Below, one piece after another: positions 37,101 through 48,500 of a stretch of DNA of 64,000 bases. Location: the NCBI GenBank assembly GCA_036172245.1, contig JAYWIR010000006.1, forward strand, positions 3,658,001 to 3,722,000, in the 5' to 3' direction. The notes under the pieces are model-generated. The model saw only the letters and a list, made by a program, of their open reading frames with translations. It made no database searches and was not told the DNA's origin. Made by a program: the position numbers and the translations under genes. Origin of the DNA: Raillietiella orientalis. Its lineage: Eukaryota. Position 1 is the first letter of the stretch. Every line of letters starts with the position of its first letter.

Positions 37101-39782
37101 GTCGTTTGTCCGAGTGCCAACTCATGGTGTATAATATGGTGTTTGTGCTGCTCAGGTCACCAGTGGGTCAAGCACCACCTGAATTTTCACCCCAAATCTT
37201 CCTGGTCCATTGATCCGTTCGGCCACGGCGCCACGTTTCCGTATCTCCTAAAATCGAGCGGCATCGAGAACATGGTCATTCAGCGCATCCACTATGCGTG
37301 GAAGAAGTGGTTCGCCAGCAACAAGGCCAACGACTTCATCTGGAGGCAGTCCTGGGACGCGAAAGGGAGGCACGACATCCTGTGCCACAACATGCCGTAC
37401 GACATCTACTCCATCAAGCACTCCTGCGGCCCGTTCCCGGAAGTGTGCCTCAGCTACGACTTCCGCAAGCTCCCGTTCGAGCTGACCGAGAGCGGCATGG
37501 TGTCCGTCCCCATCGACAGACACAACGTGGAGGCCAAGGCTGAGACGCTCTTGGAGCAGTACGAGCGGACGGCGTCGCTGTCCGATCACGACGTGCTCAT
37601 GGTGATCGTCGGCGATGACTTCCGCTATGACCACCAGCTCGAGTGGAACCAGCAGTTCGGGAATTACAAGATGATAATCGATTACCTGCAAGAGAGATCC
37701 TCCCTGTACAACGTGAACATCTCCTTCGGCACCTTGTCTGACTACTTCGAGGAGGTGCGGGACCGCGCCGACAGCATGCTGTCCATACAGGGGGACTTCA
37801 TGCCTTACAGCGACGTATTCACCAGCGGCGAGCCGGCGTACTGGACCGGCTACTACACCACCAGGCCCTACATGAAGGCCCTGGTCCGAGAGGTGGAGCA
37901 CAGCTTGAGGGCTGCCGAAATCCTCTTCTCCCTCGCCGTCACGAACCCGAAGACGACGGGCAACCTCGCCAGCAAGTACGGATCCCTCGTGGAAGCCAGG
38001 CGCAACCTGGCGCTCTTCCAGCATCACGACGCCATCACCGGCACCTCGCGAGCGGCGGTGATGCACGATTACGGCGAGATGCTGCACAGCTCGCTTCAGA
38101 TCGCCAACGACCTGCAGGCGTTGTCTTCCCAGCTCATTCTTTCCGACGGACTGCAGCAGACGCCGAGGATGCTGTTCATGGACCACGAGAGGAACACCTA
38201 CGACCGCTACTCCACGAACAAGGTGCTTTCCGTGTCCGCAGACAAGCCTCAGAGGATCACCCTCTTCAACTCTCACCCCCACACCCGCGAGGAAGTCGTC
38301 CGCGTCCTGGTGCCCACCGTCCACGTCCGGATATCCGACTCGGAAGGTCGCGACGTGCCATTCCAAGTGAACCCTCTGTGGTCGGAAGAGCTGACCATAC
38401 TGGACAGCAGATACGAGGCATTCTTCCTGGCGGTCCTGCCTCCCTTGAGCTTCGCCTCGTTCCTGGTGTCGTGCAGCGACGTCGCTCTCTCTACGGCCAC
38501 GGTGTACAGCAGCCACGCGAACCAGAGCCGCAAGAGCGACGAGCACTTCCAGATGAAGCGGATCCTGGACGGCGACATCAAGCTGGAGAACGAGCACATG
38601 AAGGTAGTCTTCTGCGGGAAGACGAGGCTGCTCAAGTACGTCGAGGACAAGCGCACAGGGCGCTCCATGGTGTGCAGCCTCAAGTTCGCCGCGTACAACT
38701 CGGAGAACGGCGCCAGCGGCGCCTACCTCTTCAAGCCGACCAGCAGCGTCGAGAGCGACGTGCTGTGGGACATGGACCCCAGCGTCTTCGTGACGTCCGG
38801 GAAATTGTTCACGGAATTCACCGCGGTGTTCGGAAACGTGCTCGTGTACTCGATGAGGATATACAACGTCGGGAGCGACCTCTCGCGCGGCATCTACCTG
38901 GAGACACTGCTCGACATGTCCCGGGACATGCGCTTCCTGAACAAGGAGTTCATCCTGCGCTTCCTGACCGACCTGAGCACGGACGTCCTGCACACCGACT
39001 CCAACGGCTTCCAGATGATCAGGAGGAAGCACGTCCCGTCCGTGGGACTGGAAGGAAACTACTACCCCGTCACCAACCTGATGTTCCTGGAGGAAGGGAA
39101 CGTTCGCTTGAACCTGGTCGTGTCCAGGGCTCACGGCGCGGCCGTCTGGAACACGGGGATACTCGAGCTGATGCTGGACAGGCGCACGGCCTACGACGAC
39201 AGGCGGGGGATGGGCGAGAGCGTCCTCGACCAGAGGAAGACGCTGTCCAAGTTTTGGTTGCTCCTGGAGAGCGCCGGAGTGAGCGGCGCCGACGGGGCGT
39301 CCCGGAAAGGGTCGGACGCCGGTCCCGGAAACCGCATCCCGAATCCCAGCTCCCTGGCCGACTACCTGTCCACGAGCCTCAACTACCCTCCGCTGCTCTT
39401 CGTGGTCTCGAAGGATTACTCCAGCCGGATGAAGCAAGCGGAGGGGTTCCTGAGCGCCCCATTCCCCTGTGATACCGAGCTCGTCAGCCTGAGGTCCCTG
39501 GCCGATTCCCGGACGTTCTCCGAGCCCTCCCGCAGCGTGCTGATGACCGTGCACCGCAAGGGGCAGGATTGTCGCTTCGCCGATGGGACCTCGGCGGCGG
39601 CCTCCTGCGAACCTCCGCGCGGAGACTACCCCTTCCCGGACCTGCGGTTCCCAATACACCAGGTCGAGAGCCTGGAGCTGGTCACGCTCACGGGGCTGAG
39701 GTCACTGGGGCGGCTGCAGTCCTTCCGGAGCCTGCGCATCTCGCCTCAGGAATTGCAATCCCTGAACGTGACTTTCCGGTGA
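19165..39782 (+). CDS. MAN2A-like: Golgi alpha-mannosidase II (GH38; alpha-Man-IIb-like), 5 exons, 1087 aa
   Basis: Exons 19165-19401, 23419-23511, 33552-33724, 36860-36993 and 37156-39782. All introns are GT-AG with matching phases (0,0,2,1); CDS 3264 nt. N-terminal type II membrane anchor, Zn motif [20 protein letters not shown], nucleophile [25 protein letters not shown] and [10 protein letters not shown]. Confidence 0.96.
19593..19815 (+). repeat. Tandem duplication, 105-bp unit x2, each copy with a CRE palindrome
   Basis: TGACGTCA at 19606 and 19711, each followed by CAACAATGC.ATCTAAAAATACGGGGCGAGCGGCTGGGAGACA. Confidence 0.85.
20829..21138 (+). repeat. 310-bp dispersed repeat, copy 1 (within a probable LINE ORF1/ORF2 junction remnant)
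   Basis: Nearly identical to 33056-33365 (AAGTTCGCCGGCAGAGGGGCAG...CAACCAGGCAACT). Confidence 0.9.
21880..23010 (-). mobile_element. Tx1/L1-like LINE 3' fragment, same family as 14910-17190
   Basis: Shared peptides [47 protein letters not shown] and DPFPALQ; homologous 3' UTR. Confidence 0.9.
23126..23268 (+). repeat. Polypurine (GAG/GAA) low-complexity tract
   Basis: Almost pure A/G run. Confidence 0.9.
25950..26062 (+). repeat. Polypyrimidine (CCT/CTT) low-complexity tract
   Basis: Almost pure C/T run. Confidence 0.9.
26100..26410 (-). mobile_element. Degenerate non-LTR RT fragment (domain 4 region)
   Basis: [17 protein letters not shown] resembles GVxQGxPLSxxLFNxA. Confidence 0.45.
27440..28480. 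mobile_element. Two oppositely oriented fragments of a GC-rich repeat family (probable LINE ORF1 C-terminus)
   Basis: CCCT(T)ATGAATCCAGGA motif and EP(S/A)RE...SS(E/G)(D/E)N(P/S)E peptide at about 27465-27720 (+), 28130-28440 (-) and 39990-40400 (-). A related piece lies at about 23720-23780 (-). Confidence 0.6.
28900..30100 (-). mobile_element. Heavily eroded Tx1/L1-like RT (domains 0-4)
   Basis: Colinear remnants [35 protein letters not shown]...LP.ALEKPH and SEWI follow the normal order of the LINE RT N-terminal motifs. Confidence 0.6.
31990..32570 (-). mobile_element. Degenerate non-LTR RT N-terminal fragment
   Basis: [13 protein letters not shown]...CLVF...ADWSRP resembles .C...G.VP..WK...LI.K...NWRP. 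Confidence 0.35.
33056..33365 (+). repeat. 310-bp dispersed repeat, copy 2
   Basis: Direct copy of 20829-21138. Confidence 0.9.
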
Positions 39783-39880
39783 CGGTGACGCGCCCGCGCG
39801 CGCGTTTCCCCGTGCTCGTGATTCTCGTGATTTCACCCAAGGGAGGGGGAGGAGAGAGAGGGATCTTCGCACCCTCCCAA

Positions 39881-39886
39881 AATAAA
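39881..39886 (+). promoter_or_regulatory. Candidate polyadenylation signal of the mannosidase gene
   Basis: AATAAA about 100 nt after the stop codon. Confidence 0.55.
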
Positions 39887-39989
39887 AGGCTATTTTTCAA
39901 GTCCCGGCTGCTACTCATCGTCATTCCAGCGAGCCAGCACGTTCGGAAAGTGGACATCGATCAGCATGATTCTCCCGGTCCAGCATCCC

Positions 39990-41130
39990 CAAACTGGCGG
40001 GTCTAGAGGAGAGGCCTCCTGGTTTGGAGCCGGTTCCCTTCGGGGCTCCGTTCCGGTTGCAAAGGTGGAGTCGTCCCTTTCCCCTCGAGGAAGGACCCTC
40101 CATCGCGTGACATGGAGCTGGTTGATGTCTTCCTCTGGGAAGGGGCTGCTTCTCCAGAGTGTCAAGGTGCTCGCTGCTTCCTTCGGGGAGAGCCCCTCAG
40201 AAAAAATGGGAAGCGTCCCTTCGGGGTTCTCTTCCGAGGAGGAGGGAATAAGGGCCGGTTCCCTTGCGGGTTCCCTCCGGAGACAACCCGGGGGAGGGTT
40301 CCCTTCGGGGTCCTCCCCCAAAAGCGTAAGAGAGGGACAGACTCCGTCCTCGAGAGCCCTTCCTGGATTCATAGGGTGGTCCCCTCTCGGGGTATCCCCT
40401 AGCATGTCTCGTTGGGCGAGACACCACTCGCCTTCCCGGAGGCACGGGGTGCGTGGGCTGTGGGATCCGCCCGCGGTTCAGATGCTTCGTCCATTGTCGA
40501 GAGCGACACACACAAATCCTTGAGGCATCTCTACGAAAAGGATGCGGTGGTGATCTCCGCAGAGAGGGCTTGTCCAGCGTGCCAGGAAGAGGAAAGGGTG
40601 CTCGGCCTCGGAGGCCTTGAAGTGCGGTCCAAGGAACCTCCGCAGGGAAGAAAGTTTTCATCTAGCGATGATCACGCCTCTGCAAGCATCCTTGGCTATG
40701 ATGTTGCCCGCGCGCAAAGCCCAGAAGAAAGAGGTGGTGGTGTTTTCAATCCTCCGTCCGCTCGAGCCTGGATGGGCAGACATGAAGGGCAGTTGCGTCC
40801 CCGTCTCGAGAGTGCGATCCACCACCCGTTGCTGAGCAACCGGTACACCGCACGGATTATCTCGATGCCCTTTTTTGGTCTCAACGGCCTGTCACCGACG
40901 GCGCGCCCGCGGGTTAGGAGCTCCTTTTCCGACCGGGAGGCAACCATCCCCTGGCTGGGGCCACGGAGATCCTGCGGCCGTCGAAATCCGCCTTGTCAGA
41001 AATATTTCTCAGCATCCGCCGTGTCCTTCGACGGAACGGGAAGGTGATTCGGCGATCCCTGAGTTTCAAGACAGGTTCTCCTCCGCCCCGCTCGGGGAAA
41101 CGCTTGTGGCTGTGAGGTGAGCGTCCCTGA
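39990..41130 (-). mobile_element. LINE ORF1-like remnant
   Basis: Frameshifted coding remnant (RVVDRTLETGTQLPF...RFLGPHFKASEAEHPF) with an inverted homologue at 42530-42740 and homology to the repeats at 27.4-28.5 kb. ORF1 identity is inferred. Confidence 0.5.
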
Positions 41131-41289
41131 TCCCTTGAAAGCTGGAGATGCGCTTCCGTGGAGCGAATAGCCTCGACACTTTTCGGAAACGGGAGGAACG
41201 GAGCGCTGAAACGGTTGGAGCCCTCTGGCTCGCCGAGAAGGCAGAATGCCGTCCTCCGTTCCAGCGAACTTCGGACTGCGCAGAGATTC

Positions 41290-42140
41290 ATGAGAATGGA
41301 TTGCCATCAGACTGGCCTGGTCCTGTTCCGGCTAACAAATTGGAATTCCAGGACCATCGTCGGGGCGACTGCTTTGGAAAAACAGGGGTTTCGGAACTTG
41401 GCCTTTCACAGCAGCCTGCCCACGGCAACGCTCCTCCTAAACCAAGATTAAATGTAAATCTCCACAATCGCCTGTCTCCGGGTCATCGGTATCCAGCGCA
41501 ACAGCCAAATTCCGAATCTCAAGCGTATGCAAATCATTTACAATGCAGTGATCAACGGACTCCCGATGAACATTGGCGGCGGCCCGGACTGTTCCAACCC
41601 CGGCGTGAAAGCTCACACAGTTGCATCGGTATCCCCGATGTCTGTTCATTGAATCAGTCAGTAGTGACAAGAAGTGGTGCTGGTTCCACCACATCTCGTC
41701 CGCAAAGCACCCAGCTCAACTGAGAATGCAAACGCGGGAATTGAGACTAAGGGATGATTCACATCAGAACGTTCCCAAGACATCCGAGAGCATTGGGAGA
41801 TCAAGAGAAACCTCTGCGTTCCAACTAAAGACAGGTGGGATACTCTTATCGTCCAAAAAAGTGTAAAATTTGACGATATGTTCGATGTCCTGACTACCGG
41901 ATACAACCAGTATAGCTCTCACAGCGATAAAGACTTTTCTTCTGGAAGTCTCCAGAGATCACTGAGCGCCAGGCTAAAGCGGCAGAAGTTCGAAGACAGT
42001 GATAATGCTTCTTTTCCTGTGAAATCTCTGGTTGTGCAACGCAACAGGAAGATTCAGCAAAGAGAAGAGTGTGTGAAGAGACTGCTGGAATGGAAGCAGC
42101 GAATGTTGCAGTCTCCTCTGAAACCGAAAGTCCTCACGAT
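41290..42140 (+). pseudogene. Probable fragment of a PLEKHA5/6/7 (kramer)-like gene
   Basis: LQRSLSARL...RKIQQREECVKRLLEWKQRMLQSPL matches a motif recalled from arthropod kramer/PLEKHA-like proteins (REESMKRLLEWKQRMLQSPL). The upstream frame is interrupted and no PH domain is seen. Confidence 0.5.
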
Positions 42141-42529
42141 GTACGTCATTGCCGACCAGAGATCGGCCGCTCCCACGGTGAGCTGGCAGCAGCTCTCCGC
42201 TGTCATCGAGAAGGCCCATTTCTTCTTGCGTGCTTTCCTCCGCTGTTTGGTTCCCAGACTAGCTGATTCGAGCCTCAAAATCAGCGAATTTCTTCCTAAT
42301 CCATCCACCGCTTCTAAAAGAACAAAATGACACCGGTCTGGATGCACCGTCTCTGCCTGTCAAAGCGCGACGTTTCGTGACTGCGTGCCCCAACAACCCA
42401 TTCGTGCATCTTGGCACGAATCCAACCCTTCAGGCGTTCCTTGGTGTCAAAGCTGCTGCCGCTCGATGTCAAAACTGAAATCGCAAATAACGCAACTTGA
42501 GATGCAGCAAAAAGAAACTCGGAACCCGC

Positions 42530-42740
42530 AAGGAGGGGTGTTCCGGCGTGTTCTGGATCGCGTTCGCGAGACGGGAACACAACTGCCTTTCGTGTCTGTT
42601 ACTTCAGGCTCGGGCGGAGGGAGGATGGCACGTACCACTCCCCTTTCTTTGAGGAGGAGAGAAGGAGGAAGGGGGTTCCTTGGACCTCACTGCAAGGCCT
42701 CCGCGGCCGAGGAGCACCCTTTTCCTCCTTCCGGCACTGT
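42530..42740 (+). mobile_element. Short copy of the 40.5-40.9 kb LINE remnant in opposite orientation
   Basis: RRVLDRVRETGTQLPFV and GFLGPHCKASAAEEHPF. Confidence 0.7.
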
Positions 42741-45519
42741 GAGATGCAGATATGACGGATTCGGTGCTGCATTCTTGAACTTTGTACGGTGAGATTGCCT
42801 AAGCGATAGCTTTGGAGTGTTCATCAGTGAGAGCTTAGATCCCATCGTCAAGCTGTCAGTCAGTCTCAAGCGATCATTGAGATGCTGATTGCGGTTGATG
42901 TGAACTTCCACAATCCTCACGTGGCCAGAGGCAACTTTAATTACCAGACCTGGTCAGCCTCTTCGCTCTCCCAAAGAAAAAGATTGGCATCTGCAGTTCC
43001 GAGTACCGTGGCAACTACGTTACTTGATGATGAGACCTTTACGATGCTTCTATTCCGATGCTCTTTCCTGAAACTCTGTGTTCTTTCAACCTGTGTCTCT
43101 CTCTCTCTCTCTCATTTTTCCACATCTAAATGCTTTCTATGCTTTCCTATACCTTTACCCCTATTCTGAACCCTCTTCTCCCTTTCGGCATCAGTTTGTT
43201 TGCTACTGCAAATTTCGAGACCACATTAAGTTTGGTTGCAGAACCCAGGCATGAGCACAACTGCCAATGGCCACGTGGTGTGCCCCCCACCTCAGGTGCA
43301 GCATGGCAGTGATTTCATCTCTTCAAAGAAGAGGCATAGAAAGGACGTGAGATTTCCTTAGCAGCTTACAAGAGCCGTCCGTGTCTCATCAATACACATC
43401 GTGTGAATAAAGATTGATTGATGTACAAAGTAATGCGTGTATTTATATTACTGTTTACAATATGCTTTATAGACGCCCTGCTTTTAGCCTTTAGCGAATC
43501 TGTGTAGCTTACTTGGTCGGCAAGTAATTGTACAATGCGGTACACGACCACTTTTTAGCCGTGGTTTCCAAGGCACCAACTGCCGGAAATTGCGAGGCAC
43601 GCTTTGACTGGCAGCACCCTAAGAAAAGTATCACCCAATGCTGTTTCGAAGGGTTCAGTCCACCGTGAATCACACACAATTGAAAACCCTTGGAAAATGT
43701 TTCCAGGAAGCCAATTGGTGTGTTTTCTGCAGACAGAGACTTTTCCTTTCTCGCGCTCTAGTAAAAATCAGCGCTTTTGTTTTAAGAAACAGTGATGCCA
43801 AGTGCACCAACTTTGAATTCGTTAGTCGCTGTTTGGCAAAAACTTAGCCCTCCCCTCTCCAAATCGCCTTCAACGTTTATGACTTTCTCGTGTTGTTACA
43901 TGAGTTTGGGAACGGTGAGCACAAAAGGGTTTTCATATGATTTTTCATGTTGCGTGGACGAGAAACCTCATCACGTGTTCGCACTGGTTCGTTATCCCCA
44001 CGATGCGTTTCACAGACTTTGGGTGAGTCTGCACTTGCAAGTTGTTCATTCCGTAATGCACAGCACGCTACTCGCTCTATGTGAAAATCGAAACAGAAAA
44101 GAGAAGGTCCGGAGAAGAAAAAAAGGCCTCCCGATACGTTTCTCCCCCTCTTGTATGGTGGTGATTCACGTTCCTCGTGAAAATCTGTAAAGTAAAATCT
44201 CCGGGCTAAGTGAACCTGAGATCGCATTGTGTCCTGCAAAGTCAGCCTTGAGAAAGATGAAACCATCACCTCTGAATGCCCCCGGGAACTCCATCTTCCA
44301 GTTTCACGTTTTCAAAAGATACACGGAGGTGCATGTTTTTGTTTTTGCTTTTTAAGCTCGTTACATTCAAAAGACAGAACCTATTTCACACAGTCAAGAC
44401 GATCTTTCCGATCTGTGTTGGCTCGAGAAGCTGTTCGGCAGCAGGGGATTGAGAGAACCCACGCACGCCGAGCACCAAGAGCGCTTGCGGCTCCATCCCT
44501 TGCACCGGTCCCTGCAAGACAAATCGTTCCCGGTTTCTTACAAACCAGCTGCTGCCTTCCCGCGCCGGGGGGTCGTGGAACCGTCCGTTTCGGGCTTGTT
44601 GGCATGGCACGGCCAATTCGATCATCAGTCGGTAGCTCCAACCCAAAGTGATCTCACGGATTAATGAAGCTGCAAACGTGCAGCCTCTACGGCGTCGCAA
44701 AGACGGGAAGAACGTATTCCCACCCACCCTATCGCTCGGAAGAAATGTCCGTTTGATTCGAAATGATTGTGGGTCTTCTTGAAGAGGAACATCATACATC
44801 GTACCGTACATCTTCTTTCGGTGTGAGATTGGAAAAAAAAAAAAAAAACGGCGTGGTACGCTCGGCAGGCATGTACATGATCGGGGATGAGAATATTCCC
44901 ACTGGAAGCCTATGACTGCTTTGGTTTGAACCCCACGGGTTTATTTGGGGACACGGGTCCCTGACTAGGGATTCGCATGATGAAAAGACCTTCAAGGAGA
45001 CCAGGCCGTACTTCAGAAAAATATATTTTTGGATTTACAGAGATATAAAAATTGGCATTTTCCGTATCGTGGATGACGGCTTCGCAAGCTCACACGGTCT
45101 TGGGTTCCCGCGAATTTTCGACTGACCATGATTTTCTAAGAAGTGGATGCTGTTGCTTACGCACCAATCACTCAATTCTTGAATCGCAGGCAAGGGGGAG
45201 GGGGGGGATAGGGAAAGGTCACTGAACACCAGCCCTACGATGAGGGATTCTGAAAGGAAAACACTCGCGCTGAACCCCGTCTGAGTGATTCGAAAACACA
45301 ACATGCACATCAGACCAATTTAAAGAAAAAAACAACAACAGGGGGGGGGGCACACGCAGGCGCATCAACGAGAATGCCGGGGATGACTGCCGTTTAATTA
45401 GGAAATGATAACGCACTTGCACAAAACAGTGCATGAAGCAACAGGGGCGCATTCGCATAAATAACATGCATTTTTGATAAAAGTTATCTTTGTAGATCAC
45501 TGCAATATATACACACAGT

Positions 45520-48500
45520 TTACGAGCTGGCTACAGATTTCTTTCGCAGAGACTTCCTGACTTTCGTTACCACCTTATCACAACTGCCTGAGGAGGAGCC
45601 TGGGTTCTGTAGATCTTTTTCAGGAGGATCTGCTTCTGAACTGCAACATGAAGTGAGCTCATGAGAAAAGGAGGGGACTCGAAGTCCTCACCTAGTTTTC
45701 CGAAATAAGCGCTTGCTTTTCTTTATTTTTTTCTTAATGATGCACGGTGTGCCGACTTGACTGTCTTTGCTGCCCAAATCAGCATCCTTGGAATCCGTGG
45801 TCTTATTGTTTTTATTCCCAGAAGTAGAATATTCTCTTGACTGTCCTCTATCACCAGTTGCTTGAACATTCTCTGAGGATATCTGAAGGGCCTGAGCTCT
45901 TGCTCGCGTCATTGGAGGTGAGAACACGAAAGAGGTATGTCTGCTCTTGGGGACACTTGAAACTGGAAAGACCCAATAATGAAATTTCCCTTCGGAATGG
46001 CTCCGAAATACCTTCTTCGGGACTAGCCACAGGTATTGGGATGGTGAACTGGAAAAGAGGAGAAACCGGCTCTTTTGCATCCAAGTGCTGCAACGGCGAC
46101 AGATGTTTGCTCTCGGAATCATCTTCGGAGACACGAATTCTTTTTACCTAATTAGGAGATTCGATTGCAAGCTGGAAAACCCAACCGACCCACTCTACTT
46201 ACACTCTTGGACATTTCGTGTGGAGGTGTTTCATTTGGTGAGATGGAATGCGCACCCTGCTGCAGCGTCACTCCGAGGGAACTACCTCTGGCTTTCTTTC
46301 TTGTTCTCAAGCACTTTTTCGATGGTATTCGGGATCGGTGTACCATGCTGCGTACAATTTTCAACTTGGAATCGGCAGAATCGGAAAACACGTAAGGTTT
46401 TCCTATAGGTGGCTGAACTTTTTCCACATCATCATGTGATTTTTGTTTTTCTTCTAAGCAGAGTTAAATGATGATTTACTGTGCAAAACATTCCTCACCT
46501 TTAACAACAAGTTCGGTGACTTCTTCCAGTGACTCAGATGCTGGAGTACTGCACATCAAAGAGTTGCCTAGTTCACTTTTCTTAGAAACAATTACGGGCG
46601 TCTGTTCCGACAAACTTGGAGGTTGCACATCCTCTTCAAGATACCTAGCTTCCAGGTCTACCACCAGCAATACTAACGTGATTAAAGACTACCTTGATGA
46701 GAGGTTGAATGAATTCTGCGTCTTCAGGATGGCACTTTGATCAATTTCATGGTGTTTCATGGAGTTTTTCTGCTGCAGCTTGACATGTGAGCGACGAGTT
46801 GGCGAATACAGACGTGCTGGTGAATGCATCCCTGCACCTTCCTCAGCTTGCAATTTGAAGGTACTGACTTCTGGCAAAGGACTGAAGAACGGTACTCATG
46901 AATACTATGTCCGTCTCACCTAGAGATGTTACTCATATATGATGGTGGCAGTGCTATGGTGGCCCTCGTCCTCGGTAGTTCGGGGATATCAAACCGCAGC
47001 TGTTTGCATGTTGGTTTTTCGGTATTTGCACCCGATTCCGAATGCGTCAATTCAGAATCGGATGTAGTCAACACTTCAGGTTCAAATGCCAGCAATGCTT
47101 TCCCACTATCTTGATATTTTCGCTTGTGCTGATGAAATGAAATTCTGAGATGCCTTTAATACCCTTAATTCTACCTTGAGAATGGAAAGAGGGGTGTAGG
47201 ACCTGGGGGAACAAATGCCTGAAACTTTATCACAAACAATAGGATGAATAATAGCTGTATTTAGAATACTGTAAACTTCCTTCCATCTGATGAATATCAT
47301 TACATTCTGTTTCCATTCTGTATCTAGCTTACTCAGAATATTTTGTCTGCATTCTGTTCACTTGATCGGTGTTACATGGCACATCCTTGTTTTCCTGCTT
47401 CACAGCTACATATGGCACAGTCTTTCTATCAGTAGAATCAACACAAGTGCATACTGGTTCTGAAAGTATAAGACGTTTTGGACCAGAGTACAACAGTACC
47501 AGAACTCGAGAACGGATGCTGTTTTTGCTGAGAGTGTTGATTTGCTAACACCAAAATTGGAGGTACGAAGCAAAGGTACTTAGCAGACAAATAACTGGCA
47601 TATCCCGAATCATGTAATAGAGAAAGAGCTTCTTTGTATCTGTGGCACTAATGAATCTCCTTGCCATGACTTGACTTACCTTGAATGGTACAACAGATAA
47701 CGTAAGACAAGCTCATCGCTCTTCTGATTTCCATACATGCTGGCTAAGGATTCTTTCAACATCAATATCTCTCCATTATCTAGAATGATTTCCAGCAACT
47801 GCGCACGGCAAGCTTTATTCTTCCAGGAATCTAAGTAATACTTTTTTGAACAGAAGAACATTTGATTCCACTAGTAGCAACCTGTGAAAAGTTGTTTCAT
47901 CTCTTCTTCATAATCCAACAACGCCTGGTGTTGACGGAGCAACATTACAGCTTCCAATACCTTTTCTGATGCCAAAAGAATACGTATATCCAATTTCATG
48001 GAACTGCAACATGTCTGGACAGGGGCAAAGTAAGTCCAATAGTAACGTGCAATAGCTGCCTCCTTCCTATCTAGTAATAACTCAATTATGGCCTTATGCT
48101 GCCAGTGCTTTCTGTCTGATAAACTGATCACAGGATCCATCAAAATGACAATGCCAGCCTACAAATACAATTTTTTTTCCCTCTTTTTTTTTTTCTTTAA
48201 AAATCTGTAACCTCATTATCTTCATGATCTATCAGCCAGAATGCTTCTGTCAATTTAGTCAACCCAGGTTTCAAAAGAAAGCTTGAAGGGAAGGAAGCCA
48301 GATGCTCCAAAACTTCGCTGTTCCAACATTCCTGTCAGTATCCTCTATACTTTCAACTTCAATATCTCACCTGTTCTTATCAAAAATTCTGGCCAAATCA
48401 AAAAATAAGTAGTGAACTAGGCAGTGTTTGGCATAAAGTGGAATGCTTGGGACCAAATATATAGCCAAAAGAGACTGTAAGGATGGAGGAGGGTATTTTC

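Noticed and set aside
37248..39659. 803-aa antisense ORF and 364-aa alternative-frame ORF over mannosidase exon 5
   Set aside because: Shadow ORFs caused by extreme GC3 bias; no independent motifs.
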